From contig JBBRLX010000001.1 of the NCBI GenBank assembly GCA_038231135.1, forward strand, positions 192,001 to 256,000: a DNA stretch of 64,000 nt, written 5' to 3'. The position numbers were made by a program, and so were the translations under genes. Source of the stretch: Candidatus Eiseniibacteriota bacterium (GTDB taxonomy: Bacteria > Eisenbacteria > RBG-16-71-46). The notes below the pieces were generated by a model, which searched no databases, was not told where the DNA came from, and saw only the letters and a program-made list of their open reading frames with translations. This document shows positions 40,584 to 51,209 of the stretch, piece by piece (positions within the stretch are counted from its first letter, which is position 1; each line of letters starts with the position of its first letter).

Positions 40584-43289
40584 ATGAACGTTTCCACGCC
40601 CGATCTGATCCAGCACCAGCTGCTGCCCCGGGTCTCCAAGCCCAACCGCTATCTCGGGAACGCGCTGCACGTCCCGCGCAAGCCGCTGGACGAGGCGTTG
40701 GTGCGGGTGCTGCTCGCGTTCCCGGATGCCTACGAGATCGGCCTGTCGAATCTGGGGATGCGGATCATCCACCACGTGCTCAACCAGCGCCCCGACACGG
40801 CCGCCGAGCTGACGTTCGCGCCGTGGCCGGACGCCGAGGCCGAGATGCGCCGCCTCGGCATCCCGCTGTTCTCGCTCGACTCGCACGCCACCGCCGACCG
40901 CTTCGACGTGATCGGGTTCTCGCTCCAGTACGAGCTCCAGTACACCAACGTGCTGATGATGCTCGACCTGGCGGGACTGCCGTTGCGCACGCTGGATCGC
41001 GATGAGCGCCACGCGCTGGTGATCGCGGGCGGCGCCCAGGCGTTCAGCCCCGAGCCGATGGCGGAGTTCATCGACGCGTTCCTGGTGGGCGACGGCGAAG
41101 AGGTGATCCACCGCATCGTCGACGCCGTGCGCGACGCCAAGGCCGCGGGCGACTCGCGGGCACGGCTGCTGCGCACGCTCGCGCACGTTCCGGGCGTCTA
41201 CGTGCCGTCGGGCTACGAGCTGCGCCACACCGCGGAGGGCTGGCTGGTGCCGGTCGCGCGGCCGGGCTTCCCGTCGCGCGTGAACTCGGCGTACGTGCGG
41301 CAACTCGACAGCGCGAACTATCCGGCGGCGCCGCTGCTGCCGGTGGGCGAGATCACGCACGACCGGCTGTCGGTCGAGATCATGCGCGGCTGCACGCGCG
41401 GCTGCCGGTTCTGCCAGGCCGGGATGATCAACCGGCCGGTGCGCGAGAAGCCCGCCCAGCAGGTGGTGGAGGAGGTGCTGCGCGGCCTCGCCTCGACCGG
41501 GCTCGAAGAGGTCTCGCTGATCTCGCTGTCGACGACCGATCACACGCAGATCGTGGAACAGGTGGCGGCGCTGGCGGACGAGCTGTGCCCGACGCGGGTG
41601 CAGCTGTCGCTGCCGTCGACGCGCCCGGACAACGTGCCCACCGAAGTGGCGCGGCGCATCGCCGCCCAGAAGCAGGGCTCGATCACGCTGGCTCCGGAGG
41701 CCGGCAGCCAGCGCATGCGCGACGTCATCAACAAGAACCACACCGAGGAGGAGCTGCTCACGTCAGTCGCGACCGCGGCGCGCGAGGGCTACACCGGCGC
41801 CAAGCTGTACTTCATGTGCGGGCTGCCGGGCGAGCGCGACGACGACCTCGAGGCGATCCTCGATCTGGGGCACAAGGCGTATCAGCGCGCGCGCGAAGTC
41901 GGCAACCGCGGGTTCCGGATCACGGTGAGCGTGTCGCCGCACGTGCCCAAGCCGCACACGCCGTTCGCGTGGGCGGAGCAGGTCAGCACGGCCGAGCTCA
42001 ACCGCCGCCTGGGCGTGCTGCGACAGGCCGCGCGCGGCAAGTCGGTGACGCTCAAGTACCGCGACGCCGAGACGTCGCTGCTCGAAGGCGTGTTCACCCG
42101 CGGCGACCGCCGGCTGTGCCTGGCCGTCGAGGAGGCGTACCGCCGCGGCTGCCGGTTCGACGCCTGGACGGAGCATCTGCGGTTCGCCACCTGGCTCGAC
42201 GTGTTCCGTGACCTGGGGATGGATCCCGAGCGGCAGCTGATCGAGCGCTCGACCGAGCTCGAGCAGCCCTGGGACGTGATCCAGTCGCCGGTGACGAAGA
42301 AGTTCCTGGTGCGCGAGAAGCTGCGCGCCGACAAGGCGGCGATCACCGAGGACTGCCGGCTCGAAGACGTGTGCTTCTCGTGCGGCGTGGTCGAGTGCCC
42401 GCAGCGGCCGTGGGTCAAGCAGCCGCACGCGCCGCTCGACATCGCCGCGGCCCGCGCCGCGGTTGCCGCCGAATCGACGTTCGGCCGCCGCGGCCGGCGC
42501 GCGCATGCGCTGCCGTTGACGCCGCGCGCCTCCCGGTACGGTGGCGCCGGTCACGGGCTCGCCACCAGCACCCGGTTTCGCATCGTGTTTCGTAAGAGCG
42601 CGGAGATGCGGTTCACGTCGCATCTCGATCTCATGCGCACGTGGGAGCGCACGCTGCGCCGTTCGCAGCTGCCGCTTGCGTTCACCCAGGGGCATCACCC
42701 GCACCTCAAGATGTCGTTCGGGCCGCCGTTGCCGCTGGGATTTCGTTCACGGGCCGAAGCGTTCGACCTGGAGTTCTCGCAGCCGCCCGCGGTGGATCTC
42801 GCCGATCGGTTGAATGCGGTGCTGCCCGAGGGTCTCCAGGTGCTCGCGTTTCGTCCCATCCTGTTCAAGACGCCTTCGCTCATGAGTCAGCTCGACGGTG
42901 CGTCGTACCGGGTCCGCTTCCCGGCGTCGTATCTCGCCGAAGCCTGCATCGCCCCCGAGACGCTCGGGGACCGGCTGCACGCGGCGGTCTCGGAGCTGCT
43001 CGCCCGGGAGCACGTGATCGTGCGCCGGCAGAGCGAGGGCCAGACCCGCGAATTCGATGCCCGACCCTCGATTGCCGCAGTCGAAGTGACCGAAGAGGAC
43101 GGCCGTCCCGCGCTCGACATGCACCTCCGCTTCACGGTGCGTGCCCAGGCGCGGCCGGACGACGTGATCGCCCTGCTGATCCCCGCGGCGGATTCCCGCA
43201 CGACCGATGTCGAGCGGATGATGCTGTGGGTGGAGGCGTCCGGGCGGCGCCTCGATCCTCTCGAGCTGCTCGGCATGCGCACGACATGA
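40584..43289 (+). CDS. TIGR03960-type radical SAM protein fused to a TIGR03936/DUF2344 domain
   Basis: FPDAYEIG.SNLG, RGCTRGCRFCQAG (CxxxCxxC) and APEAGSQR; C-terminal RFTSHLD..R and F.PPLPLG. Conserved position upstream of rng-rplU-rpmA. Confidence 0.9.
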   Translation: MNVSTPDLIQHQLLPRVSKPNRYLGNALHVPRKPLDEALVRVLLAFPDAYEIGLSNLGMRIIHHVLNQRPDTAAELTFAPWPDAEAEMRRLGIPLFSLDSHATADRFDVIGFSLQYELQYTNVLMMLDLAGLPLRTLDRDERHALVIAGGAQAFSPEPMAEFIDAFLVGDGEEVIHRIVDAVRDAKAAGDSRARLLRTLAHVPGVYVPSGYELRHTAEGWLVPVARPGFPSRVNSAYVRQLDSANYPAAPLLPVGEITHDRLSVEIMRGCTRGCRFCQAGMINRPVREKPAQQVVEEVLRGLASTGLEEVSLISLSTTDHTQIVEQVAALADELCPTRVQLSLPSTRPDNVPTEVARRIAAQKQGSITLAPEAGSQRMRDVINKNHTEEELLTSVATAAREGYTGAKLYFMCGLPGERDDDLEAILDLGHKAYQRAREVGNRGFRITVSVSPHVPKPHTPFAWAEQVSTAELNRRLGVLRQAARGKSVTLKYRDAETSLLEGVFTRGDRRLCLAVEEAYRRGCRFDAWTEHLRFATWLDVFRDLGMDPERQLIERSTELEQPWDVIQSPVTKKFLVREKLRADKAAITEDCRLEDVCFSCGVVECPQRPWVKQPHAPLDIAAARAAVAAESTFGRRGRRAHALPLTPRASRYGGAGHGLATSTRFRIVFRKSAEMRFTSHLDLMRTWERTLRRSQLPLAFTQGHHPHLKMSFGPPLPLGFRSRAEAFDLEFSQPPAVDLADRLNAVLPEGLQVLAFRPILFKTPSLMSQLDGASYRVRFPASYLAEACIAPETLGDRLHAAVSELLAREHVIVRRQSEGQTREFDARPSIAAVEVTEEDGRPALDMHLRFTVRAQARPDDVIALLIPAADSRTTDVERMMLWVEASGRRLDPLELLGMRTT

Positions 43290-43338
43290 CGTCGAATCGC
43301 GGACCATCGGCGGCTCCCGCCGCCTGAAGGATCCCTTC

Positions 43339-44886
43339 GTGAAACAACGAATCGTCATCAACGCCGATTCCTACGAGACCCGCATCGCGATTCTCGAGGA
43401 GGGCGAACTGGCCGAGTTGTTCGTGGAGCGCGCGGAGCAGCGCCGCCACGTGGGCGACATCTACAAGGGCCGCGTCAACGCGGTGCTCCCCGGCATGCAG
43501 GCGGCGTTCGTCGACCTCGGGCTGACGAAGACCGGGTTCCTGCACGCCTCCGATCTCGCCGAGTCGCTGAACGAGCTCGAGGACATCTCCGATCTCGAGG
43601 AGAACGGCGACCGCCACCGGCGCCGCCGCGCTCCCGTCCCGAAGATCGAGGACCATCTCAAGAAGGGCCAGGAGATCCTGGTCCAGATCACCAAGGAGTC
43701 GATCGGCACCAAGGGGCCGCGCGTCACCCAGCAGCTCAGCCTGCCGGGGCGGTTCTGCGTGCTGATGCCCGGCGTGGAGCACGTCGGAGTGTCCCGGCGC
43801 ATCGAGGACCGGGCCGAGCGCCAGCGCATCAAGGCGATCATCAACGATCTCAAGCCCAAGGGCGTGGGACTGATCGCCCGCACCGCCGGCGAGGGCAAGG
43901 GCGATCCCGACTTCGACGCCGACGTGAAGCACCTGACGCGGCTGTGGCAGAAGCTCGACCGCAAGGCGGCGTCGGTGCGCGCGCCCGCGCTCGTGCACCG
44001 CGAGCTCGAAATGACTGCGAGCCTGATCCGCGACCTGTTCACCGACGACGTGGAAGAGGTGTGGATCGACGACAAGGACTCGTTCGCCGAGATCCAGAGC
44101 TACCTCAAGGCCGTGTCGCCCGAGCTGCGGGACCGGGTCCAGCTCTACAAGGGCACCGATCCGATCTTCGACGCGTTCGAGATCGAGCCCCAGATCGAGA
44201 AGACGTTCGAGCGCAAGGTGTGGCTCAAGAAGGGCGGCTACATCTGCATCGACCACACCGAGGCGCTGGTGGCGGTCGACGTGAACACCGGCCGGTTCAC
44301 CGGCAAGAAGAACCAGGAGGAGACGATCTTCCGCACCAACATGGAGGCCGCGAAGGAGGTGCCGCGCCAGCTCAGGCTGCGCGACATCGGCGGCATCATC
44401 GTGGTCGACTTCATCGATATGGAGATCGAGGCGAACAAGCGCGCGGTGCTCGAGGAGATCCGCAACGAGCTGCGCAAGGATCGCGCGCGCACCAAGGCGT
44501 TCGCCGTGTCGGACCTGGGACTGATCGAGATGACGCGCCAGCGCGAGCGCTCGAGCCTGCTGCACTATTATACCGAGGACTGCCCCCACTGCGGCGGCCT
44601 GGGCAAGGTGCCGTCGCCCGAGACGATGCTGGTCAAGCTCGAGCGGCTGATGCGCCGGGTGCGCGCGATGGGCACCGAGAAGCGCATCACCGTGAAGGTG
44701 GCGCCCGAGATCGCGCTGTTCTTCGTCGAGCAGGAGGGCCGGCGGTTCGCCGAGCTGGAGAAGCGCTTCCGGCTGCAGGTCGACCTCAAGGACGACCCCC
44801 AGCTCAAGCGCGGCGAGATGAAGGTGTACACCGAGAAGAAGCTCGACATCTCGAAGCAGGTGGTGGGGGCGGTGCCCGGCACGTAA
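43339..44886 (+). CDS. rng: Ribonuclease E/G family
   Basis: GDIYKGRV..VLPGMQAAFVD, DVNTG, QLRLRDIGGIIVVDFIDM and CPHCGG.G motifs. Confidence 0.95.
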   Translation: MKQRIVINADSYETRIAILEEGELAELFVERAEQRRHVGDIYKGRVNAVLPGMQAAFVDLGLTKTGFLHASDLAESLNELEDISDLEENGDRHRRRRAPVPKIEDHLKKGQEILVQITKESIGTKGPRVTQQLSLPGRFCVLMPGVEHVGVSRRIEDRAERQRIKAIINDLKPKGVGLIARTAGEGKGDPDFDADVKHLTRLWQKLDRKAASVRAPALVHRELEMTASLIRDLFTDDVEEVWIDDKDSFAEIQSYLKAVSPELRDRVQLYKGTDPIFDAFEIEPQIEKTFERKVWLKKGGYICIDHTEALVAVDVNTGRFTGKKNQEETIFRTNMEAAKEVPRQLRLRDIGGIIVVDFIDMEIEANKRAVLEEIRNELRKDRARTKAFAVSDLGLIEMTRQRERSSLLHYYTEDCPHCGGLGKVPSPETMLVKLERLMRRVRAMGTEKRITVKVAPEIALFFVEQEGRRFAELEKRFRLQVDLKDDPQLKRGEMKVYTEKKLDISKQVVGAVPGT

Positions 44887-44937
44887 TCGCCGAAGGCGTA
44901 CCTTGGGCCCTGGCCCGTGCCGGCGTCGGCCGCGCGG

Positions 44938-45516
44938 CTACGACATGATCTTGCGGAAGCTCAGCGGCCGCTGCAGCCGCTCGAATCCCGTGCGCGCGGG
45001 CTGGTCCATCTCGGCGATCACGCGCTCGAGGTGGCGCATGTTGTTCATGTCGTCCACCACGTTCTGGTTCGGCGGCTGCGTCTGCACGAGCATCACGAGC
45101 CGCACGGAGCTGCGCAGGTAGTTCCAGACCTCGCCGGCGGCGCGCGACGGCGGATAGCCCGGCAGGATCACGACCACGTCGGATTCCTCCGGCACCTGCG
45201 CCAGCGACGACACTGCGTTGATGTCCGCGGGCCAGCCGTCCAGCGACAGCACCACGTGCGAGAGGCCGCGCACCTGCGTCAGGTCGTTCACCTCGGACAC
45301 GTTCGGCACGTGCGAGAAATGCACCGTGGTCCCGATGCGCATGTCGGTGCGGTCCAGCAGCAGCGGCACCCCCGTGGCGGAGCCCTTCGTGGCCGGGGTG
45401 GAGTCGGCGCCGGGCTGCGCTCCCAGCCGGGATCCGTTCGCCATGCAGCCCACCGTCAGCCCGGCGGCGAACACCGCCGCGATCTTCCACGCGTTGCCCT
45501 GGTTCATGCGGTTCAT
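44938..45516 (-). CDS. Hypothetical lipoprotein-like protein
   Basis: Hydrophobic N-terminus with lipobox-like TVGC; GC3-rich codon usage; GGAG upstream. Confidence 0.7.
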   Translation of the reverse strand: MNRMNQGNAWKIAAVFAAGLTVGCMANGSRLGAQPGADSTPATKGSATGVPLLLDRTDMRIGTTVHFSHVPNVSEVNDLTQVRGLSHVVLSLDGWPADINAVSSLAQVPEESDVVVILPGYPPSRAAGEVWNYLRSSVRLVMLVQTQPPNQNVVDDMNNMRHLERVIAEMDQPARTGFERLQRPLSFRKIMS

Positions 45517-45607
45517 GGCGGAGCACTCCGATGCCGGCCGGATCGCGCAGGCACCCCCTGCGCTTTACCCCCGGCGGCTCACCGCCACCCGGAGCACGAG
45601 CCCCACT

Positions 45608-45940
45608 CTACTGCAGCTGCACCTCACGGGCGGTGGTGGTGGAATCCGCGCGCGCCAGCAGCCCGCCGGGGCGCGCTGCGTAACGGCGCGGCGCGCCCCG
45701 CGGCGGGGTGCGGTCAAGTCCGGGCGCGACCGCGAGGTCGAGATGCCCGGTGGGGGTCAGGAGCGGACCCGAGTCGGCCTGCATCCGCTCGAGACGGGGT
45801 CCGCCATGCGGCGGCTGGATTGTGGGGTGCGGCCGCGCGTCATGGGCGACGGGGCCCACGAGCTCGTGGCTCATCGGGATGCAGAGCACGAACACCGCGA
45901 AACAAAAGCATGGGAATGGCGGCAGGATGGCGCGGCGCAT
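45608..45940 (-). CDS. Hypothetical small protein with a hydrophobic N-terminus
   Basis: 110-aa ORF with a signal-like N-terminus; no recognisable motif. Confidence 0.3.
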   Translation of the reverse strand: MRRAILPPFPCFCFAVFVLCIPMSHELVGPVAHDARPHPTIQPPHGGPRLERMQADSGPLLTPTGHLDLAVAPGLDRTPPRGAPRRYAARPGGLLARADSTTTAREVQLQ

Positions 45941-46214
45941 GGTGGCGGACTCGATGTCGGGGCAAGGAACACAGTTCTGGCGCCATCCTGCTACGTTCTG
46001 CGCCGGCGTTCAAGAGTGTAAACGAACGTAAACCCGGGTTTTTTTCGTGAGGTTTAGCCGCATCGAACGCTCGTGAACCCCGACCGCATTTGACTGCGCT
46101 CGCGCGGGCGTGTTACAAACCACGGTCACTATTCCTCTGGCCTCCGGTAGGTGCCGTCCTGCGGCGATTCCGGGCGGCTCCAAACCGCAAAGCCCCAAGA
46201 TTCGGAGTGTTGGC

Positions 46215-46526
46215 GTGTACGCCATCGTGAACATCAATGGAATTCAGACCCGGGTCACCCCGGACGAAGTCGTCTCGGTGGCGCGGCTCACCGGTGACAT
46301 CGGTCAGCAGCTCACGTTCGACAGCGTGCTGCTGCTGGCGGACGGCGACTCGATCACCGTCGGCCAGCCGTACGTGAAGGGCGCCAGCATGGTCGCGGAA
46401 GTCGTCGATCACATGCGCGGCCCCAAGCTCAAGATCTTCAAGTTCAAACGCCGCCGGGAATATCGCCGTCGCAAGGGTCACCGCGACGAGCTCACGCGCA
46501 TCCGCGTGACCGCGATCCAGGTCTAG
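46215..46526 (+). CDS. rplU: 50S ribosomal protein L21
   Basis: YAIV...G.Q, VGQPYV.GA and [14 protein letters not shown] motifs; GGAG-GTG start. Confidence 0.96.
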   Translation: MYAIVNINGIQTRVTPDEVVSVARLTGDIGQQLTFDSVLLLADGDSITVGQPYVKGASMVAEVVDHMRGPKLKIFKFKRRREYRRRKGHRDELTRIRVTAIQV

Positions 46527-46545
46527 GGGCACACGGGAGCAAGTC

Positions 46546-46815
46546 ATGGCTCATAAAAAAGGTCAGTCCTCGTCCAAGAACGGCCGCGAATCGAACGCGC
46601 AGCGGCTCGGCGTCAAGCGCTTCGGCGGCGAGCGTGTGCCGGCGGGTTCGATCATCGTCCGCCAGCGCGGCACCCGGTTCTTTCCGGGCACCAACGTCGG
46701 CCGCGGCAAGGACGACACGCTGTTCGCCATGATCGACGGCGAGGTGAAGTTCGTGCGCTACAAGGGCACGCGCAAGAAGGTTCATGTCATCGCGGTCGAA
46801 TCCTCGCTGAACTGA
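46546..46815 (+). CDS. rpmA: 50S ribosomal protein L27
   Basis: [26 protein letters not shown] and G.DDTLFA motifs. Confidence 0.98.
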   Translation: MAHKKGQSSSKNGRESNAQRLGVKRFGGERVPAGSIIVRQRGTRFFPGTNVGRGKDDTLFAMIDGEVKFVRYKGTRKKVHVIAVESSLN

Positions 46816-46829
46816 ATCACGGGGTTCCG

Positions 46830-46874
46830 CGAACGCCACGTCGCCGCGACCTGGTCGCAGTGACGTGGCGTTTG
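46830..46874 (+). terminator. Long hairpin after rpmA (probable terminator)
   Basis: CGAACGCCACGTCGCCGCGAC-CTG-GTCGCAGTGACGTGGCGTTTG. Confidence 0.65.
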
Positions 46875-46974
46875 TCATGACCGGGAGTTCGAACATTCGA
46901 GCCGCCGCTCGGGCGGTCCGACACCACTACGTTCCGGCGCCGCGATTCCGAGCCGGCACCGGTCGCCAGGGAGG

Positions 46975-47919
46975 ATGCCAGTGAAGAACAGAGTCGCGGT
47001 CATCGGAGCGGGCAACGTCGGCGCCAGCACGGCGCTGTACATCGCCGAACGCGGGCTCGCGGACGTGGTGCTGATCGATCGTCCCGAGCTGGACGGCATG
47101 CCGCAGGGCAAGGCGCTCGACATGCAGCAATCGTCGCCGCTGTGGCGCACGGGCGGCAGCATCACCGGCGCCACGGACCTCGCCGCGGTCAAGGGCGCGA
47201 ACGTGGTGGTGATGACCGCCGGCTTCCCGCGCAAGCCGGGCATGTCGCGCAGCGACCTGCTGAAGGCGAACGCCGACATCATCCGGCCGGCGGCGGAGGC
47301 GGTGAAGCAGCACGCGCCCAACGCGTTCGTCGTCGTGGTCACGAACCCGCTCGACGTGATGGCGCACCTGTTCTGGAAGACCACCGGGTTCCCCAAGCAC
47401 CGCGTGATCGGCATGGCCGGCATCCTCGACAGCGCGCGGTTCCGCGCGTTCCTCGCCATGGAGCTCGGCGTGTCGGCCGCGGACGTGCAGGCGATGGTGC
47501 TCGGCGGCCACGGCGATTCCATGGTGCCGCTGCCGCGCTACACCACGGTCGGCGGCATCGCGGTGACCGAGCTGATCCCGGCGGACCGGCTGAACGCGAT
47601 CATCCAGCGCACCCGCGACGGTGGCGCCGAGATCGTGAAGCTGCTGAAGACCGGTTCGGCGTACTACGCGCCGGCGATGTCCGCGGTCGAGATGGTCGCG
47701 GCGCTGCTCACCGACCAGAAGCGCCTGGTGCCGTGCTCGGTGCTGCTCGATGGCCAGTACGGGCTGCGCGACCTGTTCATCGGCGTGCCGGTCGTGATCG
47801 GCGGCAACGGCATCGAGAAGGTGATCGAGCTCAAGCTGTCGGCCGAGGAGACCGCGGCGCTCCACAAGAGCGGCAAGGACGTGGCGGACATGATCGCGGA
47901 GCTCGCGGTCGGAGTGTGA
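46975..47919 (+). CDS. mdh: Malate dehydrogenase (LDH-like)
   Basis: VIGAGNVG, GKALD, TAGFPRKPGMSR.DL, TNPLD, LDSARF and GGHGD motifs. Confidence 0.96.
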   Translation: MPVKNRVAVIGAGNVGASTALYIAERGLADVVLIDRPELDGMPQGKALDMQQSSPLWRTGGSITGATDLAAVKGANVVVMTAGFPRKPGMSRSDLLKANADIIRPAAEAVKQHAPNAFVVVVTNPLDVMAHLFWKTTGFPKHRVIGMAGILDSARFRAFLAMELGVSAADVQAMVLGGHGDSMVPLPRYTTVGGIAVTELIPADRLNAIIQRTRDGGAEIVKLLKTGSAYYAPAMSAVEMVAALLTDQKRLVPCSVLLDGQYGLRDLFIGVPVVIGGNGIEKVIELKLSAEETAALHKSGKDVADMIAELAVGV

Positions 47920-48662
47920 ACGTACCGGGCCTCGATCCGCGCGCCGTGCTGGGCGTCATCCCCGCCCGGTACGGCGCGTCCCGGTTTCCGGGCAAGCCGC
48001 TGGCGACGCTGTGGGGCAAGCCGATGCTGCAGCACGTGTGGGAGCGCGCCCGCAACGCCCGCGGCATCGACGAGCTGGTGATTGCGACCGACGACGCGCG
48101 CATCGCGTCCGCGGCGCGCGGCTTCGGCGCCGACGTGGCGATGACCTCGGCGGCGTGCGCGAGCGGCACCGACCGCGTGGCCGAGGTGGCGCGGCAGCGG
48201 CCGCACCTGGGGCTCGTGCTCAATCTCCAGGGCGACGAACCGGAGCTCGAGACCGCCGCCGTCACGCGGCTCGTGGAGGTGATGCGCGCGGACCCGGCGC
48301 TGCGCATGGGAACGATCGCGCATCACGAGCCGGATCTGGCTCAGCTGGCGTCGGAACACGTGGTGAAGGTGGTGGTGGACGCCGGCGGGTGTGCGCTCTA
48401 CTTTAGCCGGGCGGATCTGGCCCAGGCCTCGCGCGGCGGGCCCGCGTTGCGCCATGCCGGCGTGTATGCGTTCCGGCGTGAGCTGCTGCTCGAATTCGCC
48501 GCCTGGCCGCCGGGGGCGCTGGAGCTGGCGGAGCGGCTCGAGCAGTTGCGCGCGGTCGAGCGCGGCGTGCGCATCCGGGTGGTGGTGGGGGAGCGGCCGT
48601 TCGCCGGAGTCGATACACCGGAGCAGCTCGCGGCGCTGGAATTGCGCGGCCCGCGCGGCTGA
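47916..48662 (+). CDS. kdsB: 3-deoxy-manno-octulosonate cytidylyltransferase
   Basis: IPARYGASRFPGKPL, SGTDR, NLQGDEP, LYFSR and ERLEQLR motifs. Confidence 0.95.
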   Translation: MNVPGLDPRAVLGVIPARYGASRFPGKPLATLWGKPMLQHVWERARNARGIDELVIATDDARIASAARGFGADVAMTSAACASGTDRVAEVARQRPHLGLVLNLQGDEPELETAAVTRLVEVMRADPALRMGTIAHHEPDLAQLASEHVVKVVVDAGGCALYFSRADLAQASRGGPALRHAGVYAFRRELLLEFAAWPPGALELAERLEQLRAVERGVRIRVVVGERPFAGVDTPEQLAALELRGPRG

Positions 48663-48705
48663 GCAGGGATGCCTACCGGCAGCAATCCGCGAAGGGGTTG
48701 AACGC

Positions 48706-50388
48706 ATGGCCAAGATCGTCGTCGTCACCGGGGGCGTCGTCAGCTCGCTCGGCAAGGGCATCGCCGCCGCATCGCTCGGACTGCTGCTCAAGGCGCGGGG
48801 GCTGCGGGTCACGCTGCAGAAGCTCGACCCCTACCTCAACATCGACCCGGGCACGATGAGCCCGTTCCAGCACGGCGAGGTGTTCGTCACCGACGACGGC
48901 GCCGAGACCGATCTCGACCTCGGGCACTACGAGCGGTTCACCGGCGCGTCGGTCACCCGCGGCCACAACGTCACGGCCGGCCAGGTGTACGACGCCATCC
49001 TGTCGAAGGAGCGCCGCGGCGACTACCTCGGGCGCACGGTGCAGGTGATCCCGCACGTGACGGACGAGATCAAGAAGCGCATCACCGGGCTCGCGCTCGC
49101 AACCCAGGCCGACGTCCACATCGTCGAGATCGGCGGCACCGTCGGCGACATCGAGTCGCTGCCGTTCCTCGAGGCGGTGCGCCAGCTCAAGCTGGAACAC
49201 CGCCGCGATGTGCTGTTCGTCCACGTCACGCTGCTGCCGTACATCAAGGCGGCGGGCGAGATGAAGACCAAGCCCACCCAGCACAGCGTGAAGGAGTTGC
49301 GCGAGATCGGCATCCAGCCCGACGTGCTGCTGTGCCGCAGCGAGCAGCCGCTCACCACCGACCTGCGCGAGAAGATCGCGCTGTTCTGCAACGTGCCGAC
49401 CGAGAACGTGATCGACGCCACCGACGTCGACTCGATCTACGACGTGCCGGTGGTGTTCCACCAGGGCGGGCTCGACGACGTCGTGGTGCGCGAGCTGGCG
49501 ATCGACACCGGCGCGCCGGACCTGACCGCGTGGCGCGACTACCTGGACCGCGTGCACCACCCGTCGCGCGAGTGCGACGTCGCGGTGGTCGGCAAGTACA
49601 CGCACGTGCGCGACGCGTACAAGAGCATCATCGAGTCGTTCGTGCACGCGGGCGCGGTGCACCGGGCCCGCGTGCGGCTGGTGTGGATCGAGGGCGAGGA
49701 GATCGAGCAGAAGGGCGCCGCGGAGCTGCTGCGCAACGTCGACGGCGTGGTGGTGCCCGGCGGGTTCGGCGAACGCGGCATCGAAGGCAAGATCGCCGCG
49801 GCGCGCTGGGCGCGCGAGCGCGGCGTGCCGTACCTCGGGCTGTGCCTCGGCATGCAGGTGGCCACGATCGAGTTCGCGCGCAACGTGGCGGGCTGGTCCG
49901 ACGCCAACTCCACCGAGTTCGACACCACGTCCGAACACAAGGTGATCGATCTGCTCGCGGACCAGCAGGGCATCACCGACAAGGGCGGCACCATGCGGCT
50001 CGGCGCCTATCGCTGCTCGCTCAAGGAGGGCAGCCTCGCCGCGCGCGCGTACGGCGCCGCCGAGACCGAGGAGCGTCACCGCCACCGCTACGAGTTCAAC
50101 AACCGTTACGCCCAGCAACTGCAGTCGCACGGCCTCGTGCTGTCGGGCCGCTGCGTCGGCCGGGAGCTGATCGAGATCATCGAGCTGCCGGATCATCCGT
50201 GGTACCTGGCGGTGCAGTTCCATCCGGAGCTCAAGTCGCGGCCGCACGAGCCGCACCCGCTGTTCGTGGACTTCGTGCGCGCGGCGCTCGAGCGCCGCCG
50301 CGCCCGGCTCGGGGACAACGCCTACCTCGCGGCCGCGGACGAGCCTGCGGCCGGGGAGCAGCGCCGGGAGCGGGCGGCCGGCCGGTGA
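48706..50388 (+). CDS. pyrG: CTP synthase
   Basis: TGGVVSSLGKG, HGEVFVTDDG, KTKPTQHSV, GLCLGMQ, RHRHRYE and QFHPE motifs. Confidence 0.98.
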   Translation: MAKIVVVTGGVVSSLGKGIAAASLGLLLKARGLRVTLQKLDPYLNIDPGTMSPFQHGEVFVTDDGAETDLDLGHYERFTGASVTRGHNVTAGQVYDAILSKERRGDYLGRTVQVIPHVTDEIKKRITGLALATQADVHIVEIGGTVGDIESLPFLEAVRQLKLEHRRDVLFVHVTLLPYIKAAGEMKTKPTQHSVKELREIGIQPDVLLCRSEQPLTTDLREKIALFCNVPTENVIDATDVDSIYDVPVVFHQGGLDDVVVRELAIDTGAPDLTAWRDYLDRVHHPSRECDVAVVGKYTHVRDAYKSIIESFVHAGAVHRARVRLVWIEGEEIEQKGAAELLRNVDGVVVPGGFGERGIEGKIAAARWARERGVPYLGLCLGMQVATIEFARNVAGWSDANSTEFDTTSEHKVIDLLADQQGITDKGGTMRLGAYRCSLKEGSLAARAYGAAETEERHRHRYEFNNRYAQQLQSHGLVLSGRCVGRELIEIIELPDHPWYLAVQFHPELKSRPHEPHPLFVDFVRAALERRRARLGDNAYLAAADEPAAGEQRRERAAGR

Positions 50389-51209
50389 GCCGCACGTTCG
50401 ACATCGGCGGCGCCCGCGTCGGCGGCGCGCCGCTGCTGGTGATCGCGGGCCCGTGCGTGGTCGAGAGCGCCGAGCTGTGCCTCGAGGTGGGCCGGGCGAT
50501 GCAGGACGCGTGCGCCGCGCGCGGCCTGCCCTACGTGTTCAAGGCGTCCTACCGCAAGGCGAACCGCTCGAGCGGCCGGTCCTTCGCCGGGCTGCCGCTG
50601 GACGAGGCGCTGGCGGCGCTGGCGCGCGTGCGCCGCGAGCTGGGCGTGCCGGTGCTCACCGACGTGCACGAGCCCGGCGAGTGCGAGGCGGCGGCCGCGG
50701 TGGCGGACTGTCTCCAGATTCCCGCGTTCCTGTCGCGTCAGACGGCACTGCTCGTCGCCGCGGCGCGCACCGGCCGGGCGGTGAACGTGAAGAAGGGCCA
50801 GTTCCTGGCGCCCGACGACATGCGGCAGGTCGTGGACAAACTGGGAGCGGCGGGCTGCGAGCGGATCCTGCTCACCGAGCGCGGCACCACGTTCGGCTAT
50901 CACGACCTGGTCGTCGACATGCGCGGGCTGGTGGTGATGCGCCGCCTCGGCTGGCCGGTGGTGTACGACGCCACCCACAGCCTGCAGCGCCCCGGGGGTA
51001 CCGAGACCGGCGGCGACCGCAGCTTCGCCCGGCCGCTCGCGCGCGCGGCGGTGGCGTGCGGCGTCGACGGCGTGTTCTTCGAGACGCACCCGGACCCCGC
51101 GCGCGCGCTGTCGGACGCGGCGACCCAGCTGCCGCTCGCCGAGGCCCCGGAGCTGCTCGACGAGCTGGTGCGCGTGCGCGACGCCGCGGCGGAGCGCGCC
51201 CATGCCTGA
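50385..51209 (+). CDS. kdsA: 3-deoxy-8-phosphooctulonate synthase
   Basis: IAGPCVVE, FKASYRKANRSS, QIPAFL.RQT, KKGQFLAP, DATHS and ETHP.P motifs. Confidence 0.96.
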   Translation: MSRTFDIGGARVGGAPLLVIAGPCVVESAELCLEVGRAMQDACAARGLPYVFKASYRKANRSSGRSFAGLPLDEALAALARVRRELGVPVLTDVHEPGECEAAAAVADCLQIPAFLSRQTALLVAAARTGRAVNVKKGQFLAPDDMRQVVDKLGAAGCERILLTERGTTFGYHDLVVDMRGLVVMRRLGWPVVYDATHSLQRPGGTETGGDRSFARPLARAAVACGVDGVFFETHPDPARALSDAATQLPLAEAPELLDELVRVRDAAAERAHA

